From Takakia lepidozioides (taxonomy: Eukaryota > Plantae > Bryophyta): a stretch of 64,000 bases of DNA. The position numbers and the translations under genes were made by a program. The number at the start of each line of letters is the position of its first letter. Position 1 is the first letter of the stretch. Location: contig CM060731.1 of the NCBI GenBank assembly GCA_030704615.1, positions 70,742,001 through 70,806,000 of the forward strand, written 5' to 3'. Under the pieces are notes generated by a model. The model saw only the letters and a list, made by a program, of their open reading frames with translations, did not search any database and was not told the DNA's origin. Shown here in pieces: positions 1 through 10,989 of the stretch.

Positions 1-307
1 CGACTGTGTCCCGGTTATAATTGCCGACTACTTTGTGCTTCCTTTCGGTGATGTGCTCAACTGGAACACGTTCTCGGTCACCATACCCGAAAGTGACATT
101 CCAAATCTAAAAGCTATACTGACCAGCATTTCGGACAAAGCGTACAGAGGCATGCAAAACCGGCTGAAGAACGTGCGACAGCATTTTATATGGCACGAGG
201 AGCCCGCTAAGTATGATGCCTTTCACATGATCCTTCACTCTGTATGGATGAGCCGACTGCACCAACTCGAGCAAACGTCCGACGACATTACTGCACAGCA
301 TTACTAA
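1..307 (+). CDS. Exostosin-family (GT47) glycosyltransferase, 3' end of last exon (5' part outside window)
   Basis: Frame +2 from base 2 reads DCVPVIIADYFVLPFGDVLNWNTFSVTIPESDIPNLKAIL...VRQHFIWHEEPAKYDAFHMILHSVW, the typical plant GT47 C-terminus (CVPVII..LPF..VL.W..FS; HF.W...YDAFHM). Stop at 305-307. Confidence 0.9.
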   Translation, partial: DCVPVIIADYFVLPFGDVLNWNTFSVTIPESDIPNLKAILTSISDKAYRGMQNRLKNVRQHFIWHEEPAKYDAFHMILHSVWMSRLHQLEQTSDDITAQHY

Positions 308-1608
308 GTTCGGCAGTGCTATCATCTACGATGAGCTCGCTTACATTCAGTCGGCTCTTACGGCCTATCATGCCTCGTAGCCTGTAGGAAGGTCTCTCTA
401 GTTGTGGATAGGGGTAAGCAAAAAACCTGCATGTAGAGCAAGCGTGGCTCATGATTCCAGCCTTCACACATGTGTGTCATCAACTCTTCCCACTACTTTG
501 AGACGAAAGTAAGTTACCTACATACTGTTAGTTGCCTTCAAAGTTCAAACTTTGCAGGCCGATTTGTACCATAAACAAGACATGGTGGTACGCTTGGCAA
601 ACGCCTGTACGCTGTACCCTGTACCAGGCTACCATAAACTTGAGATGGAAAAGCTGGAACATTTCCAAAAGTTTTCCATGATGACGCTGGCTTAATGTTC
701 ATGATTTACTACATAGGAATCCAGCATTCAAAGCCAGGTAGCTCCCATAGAGTGTGGTGAATGGATCGTGGGAACTTGGAAGGAACGTTTTGAAAGAATG
801 AAAGTTGGGTGTATCATTCTCAAAATATCAGGCCAAGTTTAGGTAGTTGTTCTTGCAATGTCTGTCATTCTGAGGCCAGGAATGTCAACTTACTATTCAT
901 ACAGAAATCCAAGAAATCCTCAGCTCTATTCTTGACCCCAGAAAATTGCAGAGAAGATTCCAATTAGATCAGAGATTGAAAGGTCATTTTGGGCCCTGAG
1001 GTAATAAGTAATAACGGTTTTCGAAGTAGATATATATAGTACGTGATCCACTATAAAGTGAACAGCTTCCACAGTCAGCTGAAAGACATGGTTCTCGCCA
1101 CACACAGCGACGTGGAGCAGTCTGGTGCACAACCCCCACTACACACCGCACCACCCATCTCAAATTCCTCCCGCAAAAGCAGGCTCTACGATGATCACCG
1201 TTTCCGCGCTCGAATTACAGCAATTGGGTTCTAGTTGCGGGTAAGGTGATTCCAGCATTTGCTGGAAGCCAGTGTGATTGACAGGATTGGTGGTCTTGTT
1301 TGGAACGTAGGCTGGGGCTTCTCTCGTGCGAAGTGCTTCTTGGCTGATACACTCTGTCACGTTTTGCAAACTTGTGTAAGCTGAGTGTTTTTAGTGGGTA
1401 TTCTGAAGTAGGGGTGAGTATGCTATCTGTATTGGGAAGGTAGGGCGAGAGCTGGAGTGGCGGATTGCACTATCTGCAAAGAAAAAGTTGTGATGAGTGC
1501 TGCTCGGTTGGATTGCGCATGGTGAGGGCGGGAGAGTTGGAGTGCACATGGCAGCAAGGGTGTCGTTCTCCTCCAGTCATCCTACGGTCCATCGGCAGGG
1601 TTTCATGA

Positions 1609-3730
1609 ATGTGGAAGCAGAGTGAGAACATTGTGCACCGGCTTTTCTCCCGCCAGATCACCCGGGCTGCTCCGAGTACCCATGTACTTGCACATTGCCC
1701 AATTATTTCGTTGTCATTTACTTGTAGTATACATCGCTCGACATGGGTTCAACTTAGGTTAGTGGGGGGGATGAAGGAGGGGTTGGTAAACGAAGGGCTC
1801 GAGTTGAAGAGGCAGGGAAAGATCAGATTATATTGCATTGGGTTTCTCTCTCTTTGCTGATGATGTTTGGGAAGTCTCATGAGGAAGAAATTATTTTGAA
1901 ACAAGGACTCGCGGTCGGATTTTTTTCAAATTCTGCCCACAGTTGAACCTGTTGATGCTGTTGACAGAAGCTTATGCCTTCCAGATGCCTTCTCTGGAAG
2001 GCATAAGCCAAGTAATATGTGGAAAGTCTGAGTAATGTGAGTTCAGGTCTCTGGAAATACCTTGTCCAATCAAGCTGGATTCCATGCAAGCAACCTGCAC
2101 AACGGAAGGCTTGCAATTCCCTAGGCAATCTAATTGTCAGGACAATTTCCTTGTGTGCAATGCCAGCAGACTGGATTCTTCTTTGGAACCCCCGAAGTGT
2201 GGGGTATGTGTACCATAAGCTGATGTATGTGGGACTGGGGACGCTTTAATCCTAACCCCAGGGAATGATTGTCATGCTGCAGATACACAGAGCAAGGGAG
2301 CTGTATGAAAACATAGTACCGAGTCACACTGTTTATGATGTGGAGTGCCCAGACCATTGGTGGCACAGATTCACCAACGATGGGCAGTACCTCATCTGCT
2401 TCAGTCGTACCTCCATAGATCTGCTGGTCTACCACCTCTCCTGGCTTTCCTTCTGCACCACGTCCGATACTACTGATGAGCTACCTGCCAAATCAAAAAG
2501 ATTTGAGAGCTACTTCAGCCAGCTCTACTCAGTTCCTCTTGCCACTGGTAATGAGGTTATTTGTAAAGATTTTTTTTTGTCCACCAAGAATAACCAGTAT
2601 GGCATCTTTGCAACATCAAGTTCTCCAGACAGCTTGGCCCCACAGAGACATGGAGCATTGGCAAACGTACCTAGCATTGAGAAGATTACTTTTCTGCTGG
2701 TGAGGCTGGCTGATGGGACGGTAGTCGACCATCGGGATTTCCAAGATGATTACATCCACCTGGCACACAATGCTGGTGTTTTTCTGCATGACGACTTGCT
2801 GGCCATCCTCTCAGTGCGATTCCAGTGCATCCACATTCTACAGGTCCGTGAGGCTGGCCTTTTCGTGGATGTGCGCACCATCGGCACCTACTGTCGTGAA
2901 GATGACGAGCTGCTGCTGAACTCCCAGTCTCAGGTTCTTGTTCCCTTTCCTTTACACATCATCTGGTAGAATCTGCGTGCAATCCTTATTGTGTTTCATC
3001 CTTTCACGGCAAAACAGTCTGGCTACCTCCATGCTTGAGGTTTTTGTTTAAATTCATAGGAATTATATTATTCCCTTGGTGAAGTTATAATTCAGAGTGG
3101 TAGTGTTAAGCATGCCAAAGGTAGAAAGAGGAGAGACTGACATAGGAATGCAGGAGGAGGCCAACTTCCAACAGGAGCAGGCAGCTGCGCGAAAGGTACG
3201 AGGTGTACATTCGCAGGAAAAGGTAGTTGTCCCAGTTGTGCAGCCAAACAAGGGCCAGGCCAAGCCGGGGAGCAGCCTGAGTACCCGAGGCCGCCCACAC
3301 ACCCGTGATACCAGGGCTGCACCCAATGATGTTAGAGCAAGCATGGCTACCTTGCATTCAAACTCACATGAGTCGCCAAGCAGAATCAATGTTGGCGCGC
3401 ATGCTGCGGACATAGATCTGCTGTACGATGAATATATTCGAGGTTTGTTGGCTACTGGGGACGGCAGTGCCAATGGAGGGTATGCGTCACAAGGCAATGG
3501 GAACCCCGGAGTGAGGGTAACACAGGAGAATGCTAGTTATGGTAATGTTTCAGGGCATCACCATGTCGGAGCCACAAGCAGGAGCCTTTACATGAACAGC
3601 CGCAGTGAAACTGTGAACCTCGGTTATCGCACTACTGATCGTGGGTCATCTGAAGCAACTATGTTTGTCGCCAGCAGCCCAAGCTATAACTCTGGGCCAA
3701 GTGAGCGGCGCATGCGCCCAGTGCCCAGCA
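1609..3730 (+). CDS. DET1: DE-ETIOLATED 1 homologue, exons 1609-1683, 2283-2933 and ~3154-3730 (runs into assembly gap; 3' exons absent from window)
   Basis: Exon 1 MWKQSENIVHRLFSRQI..STH ends at a GT donor (1684). The CAG acceptor ends at 2282. Exon 2 IHRARELYENIVPSHTVYDVECPDH...ICKDFFL...LAHNAGVFLHDDLLAILSVRFQCIHILQVR...IGTYCREDDELLLNSQSQ matches the plant DET1 N-terminal half; GT donor at 2934. The third exon boundary (CAG at 3151-3153) is inferred. Confidence 0.9.
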
Positions 3731-4230
3731 NNNNNNNNNNNNNNNNNNNNNNNNNNNNNNNNNNNNNNNNNNNNNNNNNNNNNNNNNNNNNNNNNNNNNN
3801 NNNNNNNNNNNNNNNNNNNNNNNNNNNNNNNNNNNNNNNNNNNNNNNNNNNNNNNNNNNNNNNNNNNNNNNNNNNNNNNNNNNNNNNNNNNNNNNNNNNN
3901 NNNNNNNNNNNNNNNNNNNNNNNNNNNNNNNNNNNNNNNNNNNNNNNNNNNNNNNNNNNNNNNNNNNNNNNNNNNNNNNNNNNNNNNNNNNNNNNNNNNN
4001 NNNNNNNNNNNNNNNNNNNNNNNNNNNNNNNNNNNNNNNNNNNNNNNNNNNNNNNNNNNNNNNNNNNNNNNNNNNNNNNNNNNNNNNNNNNNNNNNNNNN
4101 NNNNNNNNNNNNNNNNNNNNNNNNNNNNNNNNNNNNNNNNNNNNNNNNNNNNNNNNNNNNNNNNNNNNNNNNNNNNNNNNNNNNNNNNNNNNNNNNNNNN
4201 NNNNNNNNNNNNNNNNNNNNNNNNNNNNNN
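3731..4230. other. Assembly gap (500 N)
   Basis: Run of 500 n. Composition switches from coding DET1 exon to AT-rich degenerate TE sequence across it. Confidence 0.99.
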
Positions 4231-6018
4231 CATGCTAGATTTGAGCTCCACTATCCTCTCAGCCATGCGAAACTTTGCTTTGCTTTGCCATTATTCATAT
4301 GGTTCTTGTACCTGGGAACTCTTCTCCCTACATTGTTCTAGTTCTTCATCGTTAGCTTTGCGATATAAAGAATTGTTTTATCTTATCTGGTTCATATCTG
4401 CATCCCACTTGACCTTCCAAGTTGCTAATTGTTGCTTCAGCCGATCTACATCAATGTTCTCGTCTATCACCGTTGGCCTCACACTTGAGCATTGGTGTTC
4501 CAAAGCCATGTTTGTCTTTTTTTAAGGCCTTGTCACTCTTTTTCAAGTCCGCATTTCTCTTCTTTGACTTCATACACTCTCATTTTAATTTAGGTACTTG
4601 AACCTTCTTCCTTTTCAATTCCTCCACAATGGCTGCAAGTTTTTGGGTTCATCATCTTCTACTTGTTTTTTTCCTCCTCCATATTTCATTGGATCTTGCA
4701 TAGACCACATTTTGTTCTTCCATCCGTGTGCATAAGTTAGTGATTTTTATTTTATTTTTTCTTAGCTTTGTCCTCCAAGACCTCTAACCACTGGCTCCAC
4801 ACCACTTCATCCTCCATCTTATCCACTAGCGCACAAAACTGTTTAACATGCTCTAATAATTGATCTTTTGTAGATGACTTCCTCTCATTCATCACCATTG
4901 TTTGGATCACCGGTTCAAAAACCAAAGAAGATACATCATCATCCCCAGAATGAGAACACGAAGCTCCCTCCTTATTACATGTGATTAGTCTTGAAATGGT
5001 TTGCTCTATTGCTTATGCAACATAGGAACTGACATACTTCCACTATTTGGTCCAACTCCCACAAATGTTGCCTCCTCGTCAATATCCACAACACCCAATT
5101 GAGCTTCTCTTACAATTAAAAGATAATTTCCACATGTGACATAATAAGCTCACTCTTGAGTTCTTGTCATTTCTTTGTGCATTTGACCGCTCACAAACTC
5201 CGTCCAATTGTACATCATCCCACTGGATACTACACCCATGGTTTCTTCCAATATCTTCAAAGACAAATAAGTGGTTTTCTGCTTAAAGACCAACCTCCTA
5301 TTCACGAACCGCATCCATTTCAAAAAAATTGGCTTCACTACCTCACCCACTTTCCAACCACTAGATATTTTAGACTTGAGCCCACTCTAGAAAAATTGCC
5401 CCAAATCTTCCATGTCCTTGAACCTCTCGCTTTCCACATGTACGTATGAAATACATGACCTTATGCAACATCTCATCATTCACCAATATTTTCTTATCTC
5501 CTACTTTACTCTCTCCATCCATGGTGTTATAATTATGCATAAGTTCACTGAGAATATAGAAGGAGTGGATAATTACCTGGACCATTGCAAAAACTCATAC
5601 AATCTAGCCCGTCTAATAATTAAAGTTGCTTTGGTTCCAGTGTTAAAGCATCCATGAAATCCCTCCATTTGTTTCACAATCGTTATTGGTATTGTTGACA
5701 ATTCAACCTCTTCGCTTGCTCTTCTTCCAATTGCCATGTATATCCTTAACAGAGCCTAATTATAATTTATTCAAAAGATGTCCCAAAAAATAAATGTTTA
5801 TAAAGAGGTTGTCCCGTTCCTATCTCACCATATACATGTTTTCAGATTAAAGAAAAACAAAACTACAATTATAAGTCATAACCACCTTAACCACCTAAAA
5901 AATAGGATAAAATCAATAATAAATAATAAATATGATTTCAATAATAATAATAAATCGTAAAAGATACCAGGGTCAAAATAATAAATTATTGTATTGGACA
6001 GTTATAATAGATATATTA

Positions 6019-6249
6019 TGTAATAGGTCGTCAGATATTGAATATTAAATAATAAAATTTAGTAGTTAAAGTTGAATATTGAGAGTGTAGAAACAACAAA
6101 CAAATAACAAATATTGAATATTGAAGATCAAAGATCAGATAGTTATAAACAAATACTGAATACTACATCCTAAATATGAAGACCACTTATTATGTAGTTA
6201 TAAACGAATAGTGAATAGTGAATATTGAATGAATATTGAAGATATCACA
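6019..6249 (-). repeat. Probable 3' LTR of the older Athila-like gypsy element
   Basis: On the minus strand the purine tract AAAAAGGGGGG(TCAA) directly precedes TGTGATA at 6249. The segment ends ...TATTACA at 6019, an imperfect terminal inverted repeat. It lies just downstream of the integrase C-terminus. Confidence 0.55.
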
Positions 6250-6467
6250 TTGACCCCCCTTTTTATTATTAACCCCCGAGATTAATGATAATATAACTTT
6301 ATTAATTCGCGTGGCCAAGGGATCTACATCCCAACTTGCTAATTGAATAGATCCATTAGGAAAAGCTTCCACAACTCGATATGGACCAAACCACCTCAAT
6401 TTTAATTTCCACGGAACTTTCTAGAATCGGCTATCATATTACAATACCAAGTCATTGGCTTTAAATT
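6250..6467 (-). pseudogene. C-terminal end of the integrase of the older Athila-like gypsy element (3' half, split by the 6472-16173 insertion)
   Basis: EFKANDLVL*YDSRF*KVPWKLKLRWFGPYRVVEAFPNGSIQL (GPY/F region). It continues in frame from YYDSLLKPK at 16175-16201 once the insertion is removed. Confidence 0.85.
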
Positions 6468-6471
6468 CATT

Positions 6472-6819
6472 TGTCATGGTTTTATTTGTGATTAGTTAGA
6501 AATAGTTATTTCTAACTAATTAGGACATTATACATTTATATTTGTATTTTGTTGGCATTGGGACTTCATTTGGTTTCATGTGCCAAGTGAGGTGGCGAAC
6601 CTCACTTGGGACGTGAGGAGGTTATCTCCACGTGAGACGTAGGCATTCTCGTCTTCTTCTAGTCGAGCCTCCCGATGCCTCTCTCGCCGCCATAGCTCTA
6701 GTACTTGAGATGGAGAGTGGGTGAGGTCTGTATGGTGGAATCCTTTAGCAAATGTGCCATTGGCTTGACTTATAGAACGTGATAGAGTGGTTTCTCCTTT
6801 TTTCACCATTTCCGTATCA
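6472..6819 (+). repeat. Repeat A1 (LTR-like, TG...CA)
   Basis: 348 bp TGTCATGG...CCGTATCA. Direct repeat of 15740-16087 with about 12 substitutions counted by eye (~96-97% identity). Confidence 0.95.
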
Positions 6820-6843
6820 CTAGAAGAAGACCTGCTTACATCT
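6820..6843 (+). promoter_or_regulatory. Self-priming-type primer-binding site
   Basis: CTAGAAGAAGAC (6820-6831) directly abuts A1 and is the exact reverse complement of GTCTTCTTCTAG at 6651-6662 inside A1. There is no TGG tRNA-type PBS. Confidence 0.75.
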
Positions 6844-7560
6844 ATGAGTGCAAGGTGTTAGCATAGTTAACACTTGTGTGTGGAAGAGAGCTTGATAGAT
6901 AGCTCTTAAGTTATAAGGTGTTGCAGGGTTTGCAAGAAGAAAGCCTTGTGGTGTTTATGTACAAGAAGAGGTCTTCAAGGGGAGTCCCATTGAAAAGTTT
7001 GAGAGCTTGTGAAAAAGCTTTTGTTCTGCAAGTGTTGCAGGGTTTGAGGAGTTCAAGAAGAGCTCGGGTGTTAAAGAAGCAAGTGGTGCATGTGTGGAGC
7101 ATGGTTTCATCTTGTGGGAGTCTTCAACTTCAAGCTTATGAGAGCTATGAGTGGAGGTAGACATCTGATTTCTCTTTGGAGACTAGTGTATTTGTAGAGC
7201 ATGCTTTGAGTTGGGGTTTCAATCCCAAGCTTGGGAAGAGCATGTCTATGGAAGTGACAAGTGCAGGGCTGGATTATGAGCTCTAAGAGGTGCACTATGG
7301 CCATAGAAGGAAGCACTATAAGTGCATACGATGGCTAGAAGATGGTATGTTATAGAAGCTCAATAACTTGTTCTATGCTTGTTTCAATAAGTTCCATAGA
7401 GAAAGAGAGCTTGTTGTGTGGCAAATAGCTTGCTTAGGGAGTTAGAGGCACTCTTGGTGGTCTATTGATGCTCAAGAAACCAAGAACAACACCTCTGGTT
7501 GCTCCATAGAAGCCATAGCTCATTGCAGCAATCGCAGAGGCAAAGTGGTGCAAACCCTAG

Positions 7561-8065
7561 CTTGGGAACGCGTGGGAACGCTTGGGAACTCAATGGAACG
7601 CGTGAGACCGCTTGGGAACTCCTTGGGAACTTATGAGAATGCGTGGGAACATTGCCCCAGAGTTGGGAGCACCACCATTGTCCCATCGGATGAACTATTG
7701 AGCTAGTGGATGAAAAACGGCGCTCCTGGATGAGAATCGGTTACAGTGGATGAACTATCGCGCTATCGGATGAAAAATCGATGCAACGGATGAAACTGCG
7801 TCAGCGGATGAAATCTCGTCAGCGAATGAACTATTGCGCTATCGGATGAAAAATCACGGCGACGGATGAAATCGTGGCAGCGGATGAACTATCGTGCCAT
7901 CGGATGCAAAATCGCGGTGACGGATGAAACTGCGCCAGCGGATGAAATATCGCGCCAGTGGATGAAATATTGTACCGACGGATGAACTATCGTGGCGGAT
8001 GAAATATCGGACCTGCGGATGAGAAATCGCGGTTTTGGATGAGATTTGGTCAGTGACGGATGAAA
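7561..8065 (+). repeat. Minisatellites in the 5' leader: GGGAAC-core units (7561-7670) and ~20-bp GGATGAA-core CpG-rich units (7688-8065)
   Basis: Repeated gggaacg/gggaact units, then many (c/t)GGATGAA(a/c)... units with roughly 19-21 bp spacing. Confidence 0.8.
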
Positions 8066-9166
8066 AATCAACTGACTGTGGATACTTTTGGAGCCTATTG
8101 GGGGCTTGTTTGAGGACTATTTGGGGTCTATTGAAGCCAATATCTTGCAGGCTTGTGGAGCCTGCTTGGGGCTGTTTGAAGGACTATTTGGGGTCCTTTG
8201 AGGCCAATGTTTTGCAGGCCTGTGGAGCCTTGTGAGGGCTGGTTGGAGGACGATTGGAGGTCATTGGAGGCCAATACTTGGCAGATTTGAGGAGCTTCTT
8301 AAGGGCTGTTGGAGGACTGTTGGAGGTCCTTGGAGGCCATATTGGGCAGGCTTGTGGAGCCATTGTGAGGGCTGGTTGGAGACCTTGGAGGCCACTAATT
8401 GGCGGGCGCCTAGGGCCTTTTGGTGGATTGTTTAGAGTCCAAGTTTGTGAACTTCTTGAACCTCGGTGGGTCTATGTGAGGGGCTGATTGAGGGCAGATT
8501 TCAGAAGTTCATGGCAATAATTTGAGGGCTCTTGAGAGTTATTTGAGAGGTCATTTAAGGATAGTCTTATCTATTGCTTGAGCAAGAGTGAGTATGAAGA
8601 TAAGGGGAGTAATGGGATGAGAGCATTCTGGGCTTAGAGATTGCTTTAGCTTCCCTTCTCTATAGTCTTCCATCATTCTTGTAGGCCAAAGCTTTTCCGT
8701 AAGCCGAGGCAGAGCTAGTTTGGATAGAGACTTGGTCATCTTGCAGGTTTATTGAAGTCGCAAGGAGATCGATGGATTTAAGCTGTGGGAGGTGTTGTTG
8801 TTTGAGTTTCATGTGTTTAAATCCTCCTCCCACACATGCACGTTTGACTGTGCGCCATGTTAGTTTGGTTTGGGCGCTTGCTTTTATAGGTGGTTGTGCC
8901 GGAAATATTGTGGCCGGCCAATCCTAGAGCGTGCTGTCGGTGGTGAGGCTCGGGTGATGACCAGCAGACCATCATTGTTTCTCTTATGGTGAGGCTGGGT
9001 TGATGACCAGCAGACCATAGGAGTGTCTGCGGTGGATGCAGGTGCAGGTTCAGAATAGGAACCTAGTATTCCAAACCATAAGCCGCAACAGGTTCTCTAC
9101 CCGGTTACCTTGTGGAAAGGAGGATTAGAGACGAGTTGATAGCCGGTTTGAGAGTGAGTTTTTATC

Positions 9167-10210
9167 ATGGAGGTGCCACCAGTTGCTGAGGAGAGTGCCG
9201 GTACGAGCACCAACAATACTAGTGGGTATACAAGACAAGGTGTGCGGTTTAGGCCACCTTCACCTTCAGTGTCTTCTGAGGAAGGTTCAGACTCAGAGTT
9301 AAGAGGATTCTCGCCGAGGGTGCAAGCCATTTCCGTGCCATTGTTGTGGGATACGATGGAGGAAATGTATGGAGCTACCAAGGGGCCACGTCGGTACTCG
9401 GGAGCTGTGGGCACCATCGAGCTTGATGATTTCATACAAAAGTTTGATAGTTGGTGTGATTTGCAGCAGATGCGCAATCCACAACTGTTTACGCCTTTTA
9501 TGGCGTGGAAGGGGTTGTTTCAGCACCTTGAGGGGCCACCTATGGATGACTACCATGAGTTTAGGCGGGGAAATGAGGTGGAGATTGAGGAGTGGCGACA
9601 ATATTGGTCACCTGACTATGTCTCCATCACTAGAGACACAAGGGCAGCGGTGATACCAGCAGCTACACCAACATCTCTAACTGCAAGCACTAGTAGTGGG
9701 ACAAGTAAAGATGGAGCTGGGAAATCCACTCAAGCTCCTGCTGCAGCACCAGCACCCGTACTTGCCTTTAACCCAGTTGTGGAGTTCTTCGAGGAGTTGA
9801 GGAGAAACTACCAGTGGATAATGACGGAGAAATTGCGGAGCTTGCAAGAGTTCCAGCGCAAGCCTACTGAGAGTTTGAGGGAGGCTTACACGCGCATGAG
9901 GCGATTGATAAATGTAACCCAAGGGGTTACGGAAGCTCAAACAGTCCAATTCTGGTATGGGATATTAGACAAGGAGCTGAGGAGAAGGGTGCGGGATGCA
10001 ACTCTCCTACAAGTGGACCAACCCACCTTAGCAAACGTGTTTTTGCTTGCAGAGCGGATAGAGCTCAATGTGGTGGAGGAGCGAGTGGTCATGGTGGGGT
10101 TTGGTAAGGAGACACAACAAAGTGGGGCTCCTAGCCAACAACAACCACTACCCCAACGTGCTCAAGGCAACAAAGGGGCTCAGACGAAGCCCAGGAAAGG
10201 ACAGAGATGA
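9167..10210 (+). CDS. Retrotransposon Gag-like protein
   Basis: 347-aa ORF directly upstream of the protease; RYSG...LDDFIQKFDSWC...EKLRSLQEFQRKPTESLREAYTRMRRL...QFWYGILDKELRRRV resembles the retrotransposon gag capsid region. Confidence 0.7.
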   Translation: MEVPPVAEESAGTSTNNTSGYTRQGVRFRPPSPSVSSEEGSDSELRGFSPRVQAISVPLLWDTMEEMYGATKGPRRYSGAVGTIELDDFIQKFDSWCDLQQMRNPQLFTPFMAWKGLFQHLEGPPMDDYHEFRRGNEVEIEEWRQYWSPDYVSITRDTRAAVIPAATPTSLTASTSSGTSKDGAGKSTQAPAAAPAPVLAFNPVVEFFEELRRNYQWIMTEKLRSLQEFQRKPTESLREAYTRMRRLINVTQGVTEAQTVQFWYGILDKELRRRVRDATLLQVDQPTLANVFLLAERIELNVVEERVVMVGFGKETQQSGAPSQQQPLPQRAQGNKGAQTKPRKGQR

Positions 10211-10216
10211 TCTCAA

Positions 10217-10600
10217 TTGCAGAGGTCACTTCCTTCATTCTCAGGCCATGGCCTAGCCGGGAGGAGGTATAGGTCACTACGGGTCTTGTTGGACTCAGGA
10301 GCACAGCCATTGATGTTGGGAAGAGCAGCAATTGCAGGCTTGGGCCTTACAGAGGCGGATTTGGAGCCTTGCCCTTTCCAAATTCAAACATCTTTGGGTG
10401 GTTCAGAGAAGGCACGAGGGATTACACGCCATGAGCTCTTCATTCGATTGCAACCAGATCATCCTACGGATGGCTCAGTCATGAGAGCTAAAGCCATTGT
10501 TACGGACGCGATGTCCTATGATGTGCTTGTTGGTGGGGCTGTGTTATACCCCATGGGATTTTGGGAGAAAACGGCATCCTATAGGCCGGAATGGCAGTCA
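10217..10600 (+). pseudogene. Aspartic protease domain of pol
   Basis: LRVLLDSGAQPLMLG...YDVLVGGAVL (DSG active site and D-x-L-x-G motif). Confidence 0.8.
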
Positions 10601-10989
10601 GGAGATGGCCGACGTGCACTGCTCCTAGTGCGGTTTATTAGGAATGTAGCGGTGGATCATAGGAACATGATGCCCACATTGGCTGCATTTTCAGGAGTGG
10701 TGGTTTGGGGTGGTGAGCTCTTAGAGGGCAATAACCATGTAGATGATAGGCCATCACCTGATGAGGACAAACAATTGGCATACAAGGCTGATTTGCTTCC
10801 TCATGTGCCTGTGCATATTCCACTGTGGGGTACGGTTGGGAATTTGCATCGAGTAGCAGGCGAGTGTGTGCACCAAGCATGGCAGGAGGCCTTTCCATTG
10901 ATGAGTGAGGGGAGTTCAGTGACATCACCTGGACCTCCTAAGTTAGCTCCTTTGGACACGGTGCCCATTCCTGGCAACCACCTGACTCA

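Noticed and set aside
3097-4525. Long ORFs 3097-4341, 3641-4525 and 3646-4266
   Set aside because: They read through the N gap; their lengths are artefacts.
4231-6018. Degenerate coiled-coil/TE-like ORF remnants on the minus strand
   Set aside because: Too decayed to assign to a family by eye.
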